Part shown: positions 25,289-39,600 of the stretch, one piece after another
Position numbering within the stretch: position 1 is the stretch's first letter
Layout: the number at the start of each line of letters is the position of its first letter
Source of the DNA: Octopus sinensis
Lineage: Eukaryota
Direction of reading: 5' to 3'
Assembly (NCBI RefSeq): GCF_006345805.1
Contig: NC_043010.1
Location: forward strand, 23,870,001 to 23,934,000
Length of the DNA: 64,000 nucleotides
Made by a program: the position numbers and the translations under genes
Notes under the pieces: generated by a model
What the model saw: the letters and a program-made list of their open reading frames with translations, nothing else
Told to the model about the DNA's origin: nothing
Databases searched by the model: none

Positions 25289-25600
25289 CAGTAGTCTTAT
25301 TTTTGTCACATGCACTACCGAGCGTAGTGCGTAGTCCTAGGATGCACGCGGTGCCTCTTAGTGCTATGTCCCGTATGTTATATACATTTGTAAGTCCTGG
25401 TGTTTTGGTTAGGTATTAGTCCAAATATGTTTTAATCATAACTAATGTATCTATTATCATTATAGGCTCCTATTTCGGATTACCTCTATTTCCAGATCTT
25501 TGTATTTTGAGAGATTCTCCGCTTCTTTTAGTAATTTTCATCTGTTGGTATTGAATATGATTTATATGTCACATGTAGTTGTTTCCCTTTCATGTCCTGT
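25289..25600 (-). mobile_element. Second, more diverged R4-like 3' end
   Basis: Nucleotide similarity to 24511-24850; (TAA)n tail. Confidence 0.6.
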
Positions 25601-25664
25601 CTTTTGCTTCTTCCTAAAATGGTTAATTAATTTCTAAATATTATTATTATCATTGTTATTATTA

Positions 25665-25945
25665 TTATATTTCTCAGAGCGCTCGATCTTCTTTGCTCTG
25701 CTAGATTCTGTGAGAATGGGCAAAAGCCTACGGTCTGAGCTCTCACAATGTTTCTTTCTGCACATTATAAGCTTTGATAGTTGGTTGTTAATTATCTTGG
25801 GAGACTTTCAACATCCAACTACCAATCTCAAAATCCTAGCTGTCTTTATCAGCGCAATTTTTGCGGGTTTGCTCAGCTCTCATATCAATTCCGAATTCTC
25901 TGACATATTTCTGGAACTTCGTTGTTAGTGCTCCTATTGTTGTAG
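25665..25945 (-). mobile_element. Third R4-like 3' end (different subfamily)
   Basis: IGALTTKFQKYVREFGIDMRAEQ-like C-terminus followed by a TAA-repeat tail. Confidence 0.5.
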
Positions 25946-26207
25946 TTGTTGTTGTTGTTGCTGCTGCTGTCGTTATTTATCCACAAGTTCACCATTTAAT
26001 CAAATAAATGATTGATTGTTTGATCATCCAATCATATTGTGAAACAAGTAGTCCTTGCGACGTGTTGCATTAATTGGTTAAGCATTTTCCTAGCGATGTA
26101 GTCATATGCACACACGTATATGAATATGAATGTTTGAGCTGATTGAGCCTGGATAGATGAGTATTACCCACAGGAGCTGCACACATACACACCCACACCC
26201 GCGGATA

Positions 26208-26268
<61 letters not shown>

Positions 26269-26501
26269 ATGTATGTATTTGTAGTAAATTTTTGTTACTT
26301 CATTTCATACAAAAGCTTTCCTACTGACACAGAAAATTGCTGTTATCTGTCTGCAAGAATATTCAGGTCCTTGAGAAGTATCAAAATTTATATTAAAATA
26401 ATTGCCGATCTACTTTTACGGTGTTGCATTCTCATTTTACTTGCTGGTTACAAATGTATACTTATATAATGTATACTTATATAAGCAAATTCTATCCAAA
26501 T

Positions 26502-26566
<65 letters not shown>

Positions 26567-26573
26567 ATATATA

Positions 26574-26605
<32 letters not shown>

Positions 26606-26734
26606 CGCGCGTGGTGTGTGTGTATATGTGTGTGCAAAAGTGTGTGTGTGTGGTGAATGTGTGATATGCATACATATGCACGCACACTCATATATACATG
26701 TATGTATATACATATATATATATATATGTATGTG

Positions 26735-27394
26735 TGCGTGCGAGTGAATGTATGTATATATGTGTGCGTGTGTGTTTATGTGTGTGTGTATGTATGTGTG
26801 TATGTGTGTGTATGTGTATGTATGTATGTATATGTATGCGTGTGTGTATGTATGTATGTATGTGTGTGTGTATGTGTGTATGTATGCGTGTGTGTGTGTA
26901 TGTATGTGTGTGTGTATGTGTGTATGTATGTATGTATGTATCTATGTATGTGTGTGTGTATGTATGTGTGTGTGTATGTACGTATGTACGTACGTATGTA
27001 TGTATGTGTGTGTGTATATATGTGTGTAAGTGTGTGTGTATGTATGTATGTACGTATGTGTGTATGTATGTATTTTTTCATGCGTGTATGTGTGTATGTG
27101 CGTGTGTGTACATATGTATGTTTATGTATGTGTGTGTATGTATGTATTTATGTATGTAGTGTATGTATGTGTGTGTGTATGTATGTATGTGTGCATGCGT
27201 GTATGTGTGCATGTGTGTGTGTATGTATGTATGTATATATATGTGTGTGTATGTGTGTGTGTATGTATGTATTTATGTATGTAGTGTATGTATGTGTGTG
27301 TGTATGTATGCATGTGTGCATGCGTGTATGTGTGCATGTGTGTTTTCTTTTTTGGATTAACTTTATATATATATATATAATATATATATATATC

Positions 27395-27425
<31 letters not shown>

Positions 27426-27426
27426 T

Positions 27427-27458
<32 letters not shown>

Positions 27459-28860
27459 AAGTTAATCCAAACAAGAAAACACAGAAAAGAGAAAAAAAGA
27501 GAAAAAACACACCAACGCAGGACGTGGAACAATTAAAGTATTATTGACGCTCAGGAAAGAAGGGAAGGAGGGTTTAACGTTTCGAGCGGAGCTCTTCGTC
27601 GAAACAAGGAGAAGGAAAGATCCAAGGAGGGAAGACAGAGGAGAAAATATTTGAGCTGGTGGTGCTCAAGAGATCACATGTTGAAAGAACAGAATTTGAA
27701 GGTAGTCGAAATATGGTTTTATAATGCAGGAGAGTTCCAAAAAAAGGAATGCCTGTGTGTGTGTGTGTGTGTGTGCAAGAGGACAAGTGTGTTTGTGCGT
27801 GCGTGTGTGTGTGTATTTTTGGTGAATAAAGACAATGACAAAGCCAGCTGTCGTGATGACTACTAGCTGTTTGTGTCAAGCCAGGTCAAAGCCGGGTCAA
27901 AAAAACAAAGGCTATATGTATCATGCGTGTGTGTTGTTTGTAGTGTGTGTGTGTGCATGTGTGTGTTCGTGTGTGTATGCGTAGAGTGTGGGTGTGTGGC
28001 GAGAAACTGTTTAACCTAGTACGTGTCTGCTTGTATGTAAGTGTGTGTATGTAGGGATGTATATGTGGGTTCATTTGTGTGAGAGTGTATGTATGTACGT
28101 GTATGTGTGTGCGTGTATGTGTGCGTTTGTATGTGTGCGTTTGTATGTGTGCGTTTGTATGTGATTGTGTGTATGTGTGCGTGCGCGGATAGGTGTATAT
28201 TGTGCATGTATATCTGTCGGTGTGTATGTGAGTTTGTGTGTGTTTGTACGTGTGTATGTGTGTGTGAGTGTATAGTATATATATGTAAATGTGTGTGTGT
28301 GTGCGTGTGTGTGTACGTGCGTGCGAGTGAATGTATGTATATATGTGTGCATGTGTGTACAATGTAGGGGCTTATATGTGTGTTTATGTGTGTGTATGTA
28401 TGTGTGTATGTGTGTATGTGTATGTATGTATGTATATGTATGCGTGTGTGTATGTATGTATGTATGTGTGTGTGTATGTGTGTATGTATGCGTGTGTGTG
28501 TATGTATGTGTGTATGTGTATGTGTGGATGTATGTATGTAGCTATGTATGTGTGTGTGTATGTATGTGTGTGTATGTACGTATGTACGTACGTATGTATG
28601 TATGTGTGTGTGTATGTATGTGTGTGTGTGTATGTATGTATGTACGTATGTGTGTATGTATGTATTTTTTCATGCGTGTATGTGTGTATGTGCGTGTGTG
28701 TACATATGTATGTTTATGTATGTGTGTGTATGTATTTATGTATGTAGTGTATGTATGTGTGTGTGTATGTATGTATGTGTGCATGCGTGTATGCGTGCAT
28801 GTGTGTGTGTATGTATGTATATATGTGTGTGTATGTATGTGCGTATGTATGTATGTATGT
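26735..28860 (+). repeat. About 550-600-bp complex (GT/TATG) block present twice (26735-27340, 28318-28860)
   Basis: Shared unique landmarks GCGAGTGAATG (26740, 28323) and TTTTTTCATGCG (about 27073, 28665). Confidence 0.75.
27470..27870 (-). mobile_element. PLE pLTR/3' fragment with degenerate family 3 HHR (27572-27605)
   Basis: GTTT-CGACGA-A-GAGC-TCC-GCTC-GAAA-CG-TT-AAAC on the minus strand (U of CUGA deleted). Confidence 0.6.
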
Positions 28861-29386
28861 ATATACATACATACATCAATACAAATCGATATACGCACAT
28901 ATACACTCACATACAAACTCACCCACACGTGTATGCACACACATATATATGTACGTATACATAATATGTTTGTATGTGTGCGTGTGTGTGTGTGTGTGTG
29001 TGCGTATTCAATCACAGATACTCATATTTATATACACTTATATCGATATGAGCTTGTGGGAATTGAGACGAAGTAGAAGAAGAATAACAACAACAGCAAC
29101 AACAACAACAACGACGACGACGACGACGACAACGACGACAAAGATAACTGCACAAATTGGTAGGAGAGGAAAAGTGATTGTAAAAGAAGATAACGATACG
29201 GTGATGGAACTGAAAGAGAGTGAGAGGGAGAGAGAGAGGTAGAAATACTGAGAGAGGAAAGAGAGAACGACGACGAAATAAACTGACAGTAGAGAGGGAG
29301 ATAATGTGTGACCTAGAAAGATACAGAAATAAATGAGAGCGGTTGACATGGAGGAAGACTACATATATGCAGAGATAGCGAGGAGA

Positions 29387-29433
<47 letters not shown>

Positions 29434-29877
29434 TTTGGTAGAAGTTTTGTGTGAAAGAAGGGAATGAAGAGAAGAAAAGGGAGAATAATATTGGTTTTTC
29501 TTTTCACATCCAGAAAAATAACGATTCCTAAACAGCCATATGTTAATAGAGACCTATCAGTAAGTACATGTAAAATGAGTCTTTGTTGACCAAAGTACAG
29601 TTTGTGTCTGTGTGTCGTGTTACATATATATTTTGATTTGAGTTAGAGACAGAGGTCGATCGTACATGGAAAATCGATTGGTGTATAGAAATTCAGTGTT
29701 GTTGTTTTTTTCTTCTTCTTCGCAATCTCTTCACATGTCTTAACATAAGATTTCGCTGTGTAATTGTTACATTACTACCGTTAGTTCAAAGATGCGGAAA
29801 TTTTCACACCCAACGTGTCTCTATTGTACGATTAGTATTTTGGTGTGCTTGTTCACAGAAACGAGTCTATGTTTGTG

Positions 29878-29908
<31 letters not shown>

Positions 29909-30281
29909 TGTATGTATGTATGTATGTATGTATGTATGTGTATGTATGTATGTGTGTATGTATGTATGTATGTATGTATGTATGTATGTATGTTTGTATG
30001 TATGTATGCATGTCTCTCTCTGTGTAGACATGCAAATAACACTCTTACCAATGTGCATATAAACTCACCCATGTATAGGTGTCTGTCTCCCTGCTTGTCT
30101 ATCTATCAGTCTATCTCTCTGTCTGTTCATCTGTCGGTCTGTATATCAGGCTGTTTATCAATTTATCTACCTATCTGTCTATCTATCTATTTCTATCTAT
30201 TTATCTATCTATCTATCTATTTATCTATCTATCTATTTATCAATATATATAATATATGTATATGTATATATATATGCATAC

Positions 30282-30340
<59 letters not shown>

Positions 30341-30413
30341 TAATAATAATAATATGTGACTAATTGTCACATATATGTATATTTTATATATGTTTCACAT
30401 TATATATATTATA

Positions 30414-30455
<42 letters not shown>

Positions 30456-30469
30456 ATATATATATATAT

Positions 30470-30503
<34 letters not shown>

Positions 30504-30570
30504 ACACACACACACACATACAACAATGAGGGATGGCTATGTAGGTAGGTAGATAAATAGATAGATAGAT

Positions 30571-30608
<38 letters not shown>

Positions 30609-31089
30609 GTGCATGGAAAAGTACACACCAATCAAGAGATCGTAGGTAAACTGAAATACAGATTCAATGATACAAGCAAAATAAAGGCAGTAGATGTTCA
30701 TTGTCTTCTTACATCACAGCCAGTTGTTACGACATTTGCCATCTCAGAGAAGATTAATGAATATCGAAAATCCCAGATCTACATATACTGTAAAACCGGA
30801 GGTTAAGTGACTAAAGATATTGTGCGATAATATCAACACTAGTAATTAAGCTAGCGGGAAAATTGCATAAAACAACGTCTAAAAACAGTCTTCATTCCTA
30901 CTACACTTTTAATTTGGTTTTATTTATAATTTCATGTATTTCGCTTCATCACATATTTATTAATACGACTCAGCTACAAGCAACAACACTCATCTCACAC
31001 TTGTTGCATTCGTATTAGAATAAATTTGTGATTCAGGAATCAAATTGCAATGTATGAACACATACATATACATACAGATACATAAATAC

Positions 31090-31153
<64 letters not shown>

Positions 31154-31304
31154 GGGGGGAGAGATAGTTAAATAGATAGATACATACATACATAAATTTA
31201 TATACATGCACACACATACACATACACAAACACATATATGCATATGTATATACACCCACACGCACATATATGCATATACACACACGCACACACACATACA
31301 CACA

Positions 31305-32048
31305 TATGTAGGGTTGACATGAAAGTGATTTGGTTTTTCGCAAATAGATTTACGATTTTTTAAATGACTTTTGTCAATGCTATGACTTCTTTTCCTTTTG
31401 ACATTTGATAGCCGTTATACTTTTAGCTTACTTTAGAAGCATCGCGTATAATTTTGCCTTAGTGTCAATTTTAACATACAGTGCAAAAATTTTCGCTATA
31501 TTTTGCTTTTTTTTATTTCCATAAAGGTAAAGAAAGCTCCTGAGGCTCACATGTCACAAATGGTTTTAAAAATTTCGTTCTGGAGATTTTTCACTCAAAG
31601 TTGACCAACGTTCTGGATTACCTACTGAAGTTGATACTGACCGAATCAAAGCCAATACTAAATATGATTGTCATATAACTGTGCGAGAGATTGCAGAGAG
31701 GATAAATGTATCAAACACGACAATTGCTAATCTCAAAATGTCTTAGACTCGTAAAGAAGCTGGATATTTGAGTTCCAATATAAATCGAAAGGGATTCGCT
31801 TGACTCAACGAATCACTATTTGCGATATGCATCTCAAACGCAGTGAAATCGACCTTGTTTTGAAACGAATAATCACTTGTGATGAAAAATGAATTGTCTA
31901 CAATAGCATCAATCGAAAAGGATGATGGTCCAATCGTAATGAACCATCACAAACCACATCGAAAAAAGGTCATGCTGTCAATTTGGTGGGATTACAAACG
32001 TGTTTTCAATTTCGAGCTGCCTCCAAGGAACCAGACGACCAATTCAGA
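31305..32048 (+). mobile_element. Degenerate mariner transposon, left part
   Basis: FRSGDFSL..RSGLP, TVREIAERI, KKLDI*VP, KRIITCDEK*IVY, KKVMLSIWWDYK; TIR-like GTAGGGTTGACATGAAAGTGATTTGGTTTTT at the start. Confidence 0.85.
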
Positions 32049-32071
32049 TAATAATACATAAATACATATAA

Positions 32072-32106
<35 letters not shown>

Positions 32107-32151
32107 AAGAGGGAGAGAGGAGAGAGAGAGAGAGAGAAGAGATAGATAGAG

Positions 32152-32219
<68 letters not shown>

Positions 32220-32529
32220 TGACAGATAGATATATATATATATTATATATATATAGATACATACATACATACATACATACATACATACATACATACATAC
32301 ATACATACATAAATTTATATATATATATATACATGCACATACATGAAACTGGAGGAAAAACGACTAGGATTGGTAAGACAAACTCAGACACAAAAACATA
32401 TATATATATATATACCGGGAAACGTTTAAAATATGCATATAAAGGTCCCTATTTTATCATGCCGACTACAGCCTGATGATGCTAACTAGCAATACCAGCT
32501 TTTGGGATTCAAACCAATGAGGGATAATG

Positions 32530-32591
<62 letters not shown>

Positions 32592-32618
32592 TAGTAATAA
32601 TAATAATAATAATAATAA

Positions 32619-33212
32619 CAGGTAGTGGCTCTCATGGCTTCTGATCCAGGTAGTGGCTCTCATGCTTCTGATCTAGGTAGTGGCTCTCATGGCTTCTGAT
32701 CTTAACTGATTGGAAGTGTTATCATGTACATTGTTTTGTCTTGGTATAAAAGATGGGCTACAGCAAATATTCTGCTCAATACCACAGATTTGCTTGTCAG
32801 TTGTTTGACCTTAACCAGTTGAGCATGTCCCTTAGTGGCTGACGATATGTGCATCTCTGATCACGAGCAGAAGTAGTGGGGGAGCATCATAGCCATGTGT
32901 TGAGAGGGATTCTTTGGGGTTTGAATAATTCACCTCTGGAGACATGGGTGGGTTTTTCAACATCCTAAAACAACCCTTATTCAGGAACCGTTTGAGCGGG
33001 ATGGGCTACTCAACCTGAAGAAAATTCTAACTGGGCCCCACCTGCAAGGTCGTGTGCAGTTTATCTTGATATGAGATCACCATGTCGCGCACATATGGTT
33101 GTGATGCATGTGCCTGGTGTGCCCTTATCAGACGGGTAGTCATGATGGGTATATTGGGCTTCGTATATTTTACCCCAGTGTCACTTTGATGGCATGAACT
33201 GCTCTCTCACTC
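32619..33212 (+). mobile_element. Non-coding interspersed repeat (family D) embedded in (AAT)n; probable 3' UTR of a TAA-targeting LINE
   Basis: Flanked on both sides by long (AAT)n; second copy reversed at 35431-35631. Confidence 0.65.
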
Positions 33213-33323
<111 letters not shown>

Positions 33324-33491
33324 TCATGCATGGAATTTATAAATATCTTAATGCATCGCTATGTGCGTTTCTATAAATCACATGTTTCTCAAGGTCATAA
33401 TCCGTATTTCTGGCATAATTACAATACAGTCTGTAGTATGCTTAGACATCGTGACCCGAATGTACTAAACACTAAGCCGCATGCTTTCACG

Positions 33492-33540
<49 letters not shown>

Positions 33541-33545
33541 GCTTT

Positions 33546-33705
33546 GGAGTGGCTGTGTGATAAGTAGCTTGCTTACGAACAACATGGTACCGGGTTCAGT
33601 CTCACTGGGTCGCACCTTGGGCAAGTGTCTTCTACTATAGCCCCGGGCCGACCAAAGCCTTGTGAGTGGATTTGGTAAAGGGGAACTGAAAAGAAGCCCA
33701 TCGTA

Positions 33706-33752
<47 letters not shown>

Positions 33753-33968
33753 GTGTGTTAGTGTGTCAGTGTTTGTTCCCCAAATATCGCTTGACAACCG
33801 ATGCTAGTGTGTTTACACCCCCGAAACTTAGCGGTTCGGGAAAAGAGTTCGATAGAATAAATACTAGGCTTACAAAGAATAAGTCTTGGGGTCGATTTGC
33901 TCGACTAAAGGCAGTGCTCCAGCATGGCCACAATCAAATGACTAAAAGAAGTAAAAGAGTTAAGAGAA
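33546..33968 (+). mobile_element. Full-length SINE family B with internal (TA)n
   Basis: tRNA-like head, internal microsatellite, tail ...AAGTAAAAGAGT; reverse copy at 40168-40582. Confidence 0.85.
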
Positions 33969-34817
33969 TATATACATACATACATACATACATACAAACA
34001 TACATATTCATAGATATTCATTTGTGCGCACATATATCTGCATTACATGAAGTTGTCACTCAAGGTGCTTACTAAAAATGTCATTTATAACCCGCTTCAG
34101 AAACAAACCATCATTCTTCAGACTCTTGAACGGTTGTTCAAACCAGATACGATGAAACTTTTTGTAGATTCATTGATAGCTGTTTCTAATACACATGTAT
34201 AATTTAACTCTACAATGACATGTCACGGGTAAGTTTTCATTTCGCTATGCGTCAGCTTCGATCTCTTGTACGATTTTACCTCGCCCTTACACTTATACAC
34301 ATTATTTTACGCCGCGTAACGTATATTACTCTGTATATAATATATAGAAGCATACATACAAATATATATATATATATGTATATATACATAATTATGTGTG
34401 TTTATGTACTTTATATATTTACATATATTCGAGGCTGATTCGCTGGGGTAAAGGCAACACAATCGCGTTAACAAAGGGATGTGAGTTCAGCTCCCATGAG
34501 GATAGGAAAGCCTTGGTTTTTTGGGGGTTTTTTTAGGCTGTGGTCCAGTATGGACACAGTTAAATGACTGAAACAAGTAAAAGAGTAAAAGAATATATAC
34601 ATTATTGTGTCTGGGGAGAGGTACTCTGTTCTAGTGTCTTATTACTTAACGCACCCAACAGTACGATTCTCACTCATTTATTTTCTCTAAAATTTTCGTT
34701 GCGCACTTGCAACCTCTTCCATAGTTATGTGTGTATGTGTGTGTGTGTGTGTGTGTGCAGAGATTTTCTCTGAAATAGGCAATTGCATAAGCATACAGCG
34801 TTTCTGTAAAAATATAT

Positions 34818-35014
34818 TTTGGCACAAGGCCAGCAATTTCATGGGAGGGATTAAGTCAATTACTTTGAGACCTGTGCTCATCTGGTACTTATCTTACCGA
34901 CTCTGGAAGGATGAAAGATAATGTGGAGCTCGACAGAATTTGAACTCAGTACATAAGGACGGATGTAATACTGCTAAGCACATTTGCGCGATATGTTAAC
35001 GATTCTGCCAGCTC
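34818..35014 (-). mobile_element. SINE family A monomer
   Basis: Reverse match to 1662-1830. Confidence 0.7.
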
Positions 35015-35430
35015 TCTTTTTATTTAACAACTCTCGCTGGATTATATTAGAATTGTTCAATAAAAAGAATTGTAGACTATCTCTCCAGTTTCGTCTTTTC
35101 TTCATGATCTCTGTAGTCTTTCATTGTGAATGCTAGACTATACTTCCATCCTTAATGTTACGCTGGTTTCAGTCAGGGGCCGTGGCCACGCTGGATCTAC
35201 GTCATTAGTTTGATTTCTTGATTATTTCAAACTCATGTTTCGGCCCTCTCTCCGCGTGTGTGTCACGTAAAGCATTTTTTAAAACTTTGCGTTTCTTAGC
35301 GAGATTTGGTTTCTTCTATCTTATATAAAAATTTATCTAGAAATTCTTTGATGACATCCACATTTACGGCTCAAAGATTTCTGAGCGCTTTTGTTTAAAG
35401 GTGGGAGGCTAGAAATTAAAAATTTGTAGG

Positions 35431-35631
35431 CCAGTATACCCATCATGACTACCCATCTGATAAGAGTACACCGGGCACATGCATCACAACCATATGTGCG
35501 CGACATGGTGATTTCATATCAAGATAAACAGCGGATGACCTTACAGGTGAGGCCCATTTAGAATTTTCTTCAGATCGAGTAGTCCATCCCGCTCAAAAGG
35601 TCCCTGAATAGGGAATATTTAAGGATGTTGA
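35431..35631 (-). mobile_element. Family D fragment
   Basis: Reverse match to about 32955-33160. Confidence 0.75.
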
Positions 35632-35689
35632 GCTAGGGCACCCATGTAGGACTATGTTGTAACAGTATTAGTTCATTTCTCTTAATGGA

Positions 35690-35990
35690 GAGGTTGGAAT
35701 ATTTGATACAATACAGAATAGCATCTAGTTAAGAAGTTGATATACTTTTCAATATTAAAGTTAGATGCTACCCCCTCATTGATCTTCCATATATACAGAA
35801 GATTCATGGAAGCTGTGTATGACATTAAACTGTATACAATGATGAGACTCCAGTTCGCGAGTTCTGGCGTTTTGAGAAGCGTGAAGTCACTTTTTCCCAA
35901 CATTACGTTCATGTATATTTTGACCGGAAAAGCATTACCTGACAGAATCCCATCTGTGAGTTTAAATGAATTTCTGTAAGGGTGAAGGCA
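35690..35990 (-). pseudogene. Highly decayed RT fragment (possibly R4-like)
   Basis: DGILSGNAF resembles GIFQGDSLS, and a frameshifted N-LLYMED resembles the HLLYMDD motif. Confidence 0.35.
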
Positions 35991-36004
35991 CATACTCCAT
36001 TTCA

Positions 36005-36235
36005 CTCAGCTGTAGAAATGAGTTACGACGTCACTGATGCCAAGCTTTATCGGCCCCTTTGCCTTTCCCTTGGATAACATCGGTGACGTGGAGAAGGGAG
36101 TTTGGTAAGCATGGGTAACTGCTAGTCTTCCATAAACTGCCTTGCCCGGACTTGTATCTAGAAGGGGAACTTTCTAGGAGCAATCTATATGGTCATTCAT
36201 GTTGGAAGAGGGTTTTACCCTTTAAGGGTAGACTG
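36005..36235 (+). mobile_element. SINE family C 3' portion
   Basis: Matches 56800-56980 in reverse. Confidence 0.6.
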
Positions 36236-37102
36236 AGCTCCTTAGCTGTAGTGAAAGCAATGAATCGAGGAGGAAGAAATTATCTAACTGACCCCGAGCT
36301 TAACGGCTGACGATAATTTAGGTTACAGGTGTGGATTAGTTTAAATTTGTCTTCGCTTTAAATCCATATTTACTAAAACTAAAATATACGAAGTTTAGCA
36401 GGCGATCAGAAAGGTCGATGTGCGTCTCCTGAAAAAATATGAAATGTAAAAATAACCAGAAAATATGTGTACTGAAAAAATATATTAGTTGAAAAATTAT
36501 TTTTGAAAATGAATTTCTTCAGAAAAGTTTGATAAAAAAATTTGTTGCAGAAATGTTGGGAAAAACATTTTTAGGAAAAAATAGTGCCAAGACAAAAAAT
36601 TACGTAACGAAAAGTATTTGAACGATATTTTGTCTGAATAGTTCTGGAAAAAATAGAGAATATTTATGAAACTATTAAATAAAGAGAAATGTTTCGTTGC
36701 AATTACATTATTGAAAATATTGCATAAAGTGTATTACGTCTCTGCGAAGAGATTTCAAACGACATAATCACGTGGAGATTCACACTCACCAGAGCTAATG
36801 GTATGTAAATAGTCGAAAGAGATGTATAAGTTACTATAAATATATTTTACAGGAATTTATGATATATAAACGTATAGATTTGGTACAATATACGATTTAT
36901 AATATATGAGGTATAATCTTCGTTGTATAAATATGCAAATTAAAATGTGCAATTTATGGTGTACAAATGTGTAACCAATTAAAGATATATAAATTAGTGT
37001 AAATTAATGCTTAATATATTATATATACAACTCTATCACTCGAAGTTTTGAGTTAGCAAACGAGCTTGCTCTTACGGACAGGTAGATTTTTGTATATGTA
37101 TC

Positions 37103-37166
<64 letters not shown>

Positions 37167-37185
37167 TGTGTGTGTGTGTGTGTGT

Positions 37186-37228
<43 letters not shown>

Positions 37229-37299
37229 ATGTATGTATGTATGTATGTATGTATGTATGTATGTATGTATGTATGTATGTATGTATGTATATATATTGA

Positions 37300-38345
37300 A
37301 ATTTATAGAAAAACAAAAGACGAAGACAGGTGCATGAACAGCAAGCAAGTGTATTAGTTTGACGCTCTGGAAAAATGAAAAAGTATTTTATGTTTCGAGT
37401 CTACGCTCTTCAACAGAAAGGAATAAGAGAAAATAAACAAAGACAAAATGAAAAAACACTCGTTGATTTCAGCCGTCCAACATGGCGAATGACTGGAAAA
37501 AATGGGGTTGAAATAAAGAGAGATAAGGATAATAAAAAAGAGGATAATTGAAGGTGCGCGTATGTGTATGTGAGAATGCTGTATGTGAATGTGTAAGTGT
37601 GTGTATGTGAATAGGAGCGAGTGACTCTGATTTGTGTAGGTGTGTGCGTCATAGTGTGTGCTTTTTCACGTGGCATGTGCACATGCGTGTGTGTGTGTTT
37701 CTGTGTGTCTGTGACCAAATAGTGTGCATGTGTATGGTGTTCATATATAGGCAAAATTATCTTTATGTGTGTTGCGTGTGTATGTATATATTGTCTGTAA
37801 TCAGGTAATATTTGCTTATGTGGGTGTGGGCGTGTGCAAGATTGGTCTGTGGTGTGTGAACTGAGGTAAACAGTGTGTGTGGCTGCTCATATAGTCGTAT
37901 GTGTGGTGACGCTATTGAAGATGGTGTGTGGTGTAAGTGCTGGAAAGTGGTCAGTGTTAGTGTGTGTGGAGTGAAGTGGGATTGGTATCAAATGAAGAGC
38001 GACGATGAGGTTGGTATCAGATGAAGAGAGGAGGTGAGTTGAGCCCATATGGCGCAAAGCAGCGAAGAGAGAAGACTAATTCCAGTTGAGGGCGAAGGCG
38101 GGAGTAGGGGATGGCCCCTGTGCAAAGACAGTCCGAACACAGACAGATGTTATCGCGAACTGGAGTGGCATTGCCGAATGTGATGCCTCGGAGTTGCTCC
38201 TCTAACCGGTCAGCGAAGCGTCGTCCAGTTTGACCGATGTACAGGGGAGGACAGACAGAGCAAGAGATGCAGTAAATGATATTACTAGAAGTGCAGGTAA
38301 AGGAGTCGATGATGTGATAGGAATGATGATGAGCGATGAAACCTA
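37300..38345 (-). mobile_element. 3' fragment of the GC-rich Poseidon-type PLE (GIY-YIG + 3' region + pLTR with HHR at 37386-37420)
   Basis: SYHIIDSFTCTSSNIIYCISCSVCPPLYIGQTGRRFADRL matches 10670-10800; HHR CTTT-CTGTTGA-AGAGC-GTAG-ACTC-GAAA-CA-TA. Confidence 0.85.
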
Positions 38346-38359
38346 TTACATCGAAATGG

Positions 38360-38880
38360 AAAACTATAGGGAGATTTCGCGTACTCTGTGCTTTGGTGAC
38401 TACAACTCTCCTTAAATATCAAGGGTCTTTCCTAGGTCTTGCACAAAATACAGGTTGGCTCTTTGCTGCATGTCGACAGTACCTGCTTTAATTACAATAT
38501 CCTTCATTCTCTTAGCAGCTCAGATATTGTGCCGTGTTCCACAATTACTATCGGAACCATTTTCGCTATTGTATTCCACAATGCTTTCATCTATTTGCCT
38601 TGGTCCTGCTACTTCACAAAATTTTCAATTTCTTTAATATCACTTGATATTTCTAAGTTTATGATCTTACGCTGTTTTTAGTTTGTTCTCTAGAATCATA
38701 TCTGGTCTCCTCGTTGCAATAGTACGGTCAGTTATTATTGAGAAATCCCATAAATTACTGTAATTCACCATCACAACCCCTGGTTCGTGGTCATAGACCC
38801 AGTTCCGTCGTATCGAGTCCATAAAGTCGGCTAATGTTCCAGTTGACTCATATACCGGAAGAGTCATGTCTTTGGTCATG
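38360..38880 (-). mobile_element. Degenerate R4-like RLE 3' end
   Basis: NLWDFSIITDRTIATRRPDMIL and MVPIVIVEHGTI motifs. Confidence 0.65.
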
Positions 38881-39235
38881 TTGGAAGGAAGCTGCTGTTC
38901 GTAATCTTTAGTTAATTGCTATTGAAACGTCAATAGTATTTCTGTTCGTCCGAGAAATGATTCTCATTGCATGATGTTATAAGAGAGCCTCAACTTAACT
39001 ACCCAACCTGCTCAAAATAACCAGATAAAATCCCACGAATCTAACATGTTTTAGAAAAAGGAATGTCACATTAGATAATGTTGTCTAAACCTAAACAGAA
39101 TGCTACGCGCTGGATTTTCTTCAGTCATATTCTTGCTCGTTCAGGATTGTATTGAGATTAAACAAAAATAACTACAGCAATGCAACTATAATCACCACCA
39201 TTAATACCAGTATCAATAACAACAGCAACAGCAGT

Positions 39236-39600
39236 GGAGGCGCAATGACCCAGGAGTTAGGGCAGCGGACTCGCGGTCGGAGGATCGCGGTTTCGATTAC
39301 CAGACCGGGCGTTGTGTGTGTTTATTGAGCGATAACACCTAAAGCTCCACGAGGCTCCAGCAAGGGGTCGTAGCGACCCCTGTTGTACTCTTTCTCTCAC
39401 TCTTTCTTCCTGTTTCTTGTCTCCGACTTCCTACGCAACCGCTGAGCCTGGATGCGCATTCATCCATCCATCGATGCCTTCGGGGGTTGACCTGCTTTCT
39501 CTTCTGCGGGTCTTACGAATAGCAAAGGACCACGTTTCGGACTTCTCCCACTACAGAGGCGCGATCTTGCGAGCTCTGGGACGAAGACCGCTTCGCTCAA
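39236..39600 (+). mobile_element. SINE with family E head and a different 3' half, in a CAG/CAA repeat
   Basis: First ~180 bp match 3964-3770 (reverse); the sequence diverges after 39417. Confidence 0.75.

Noticed and set aside
26657-30343. Long ORFs rich in YI/VC/MY/HT (also at 12-14, 43-44 and 52 kb)
   Set aside because: Translations of TA/GT/TATG microsatellites, which lack stop codons in some frames.
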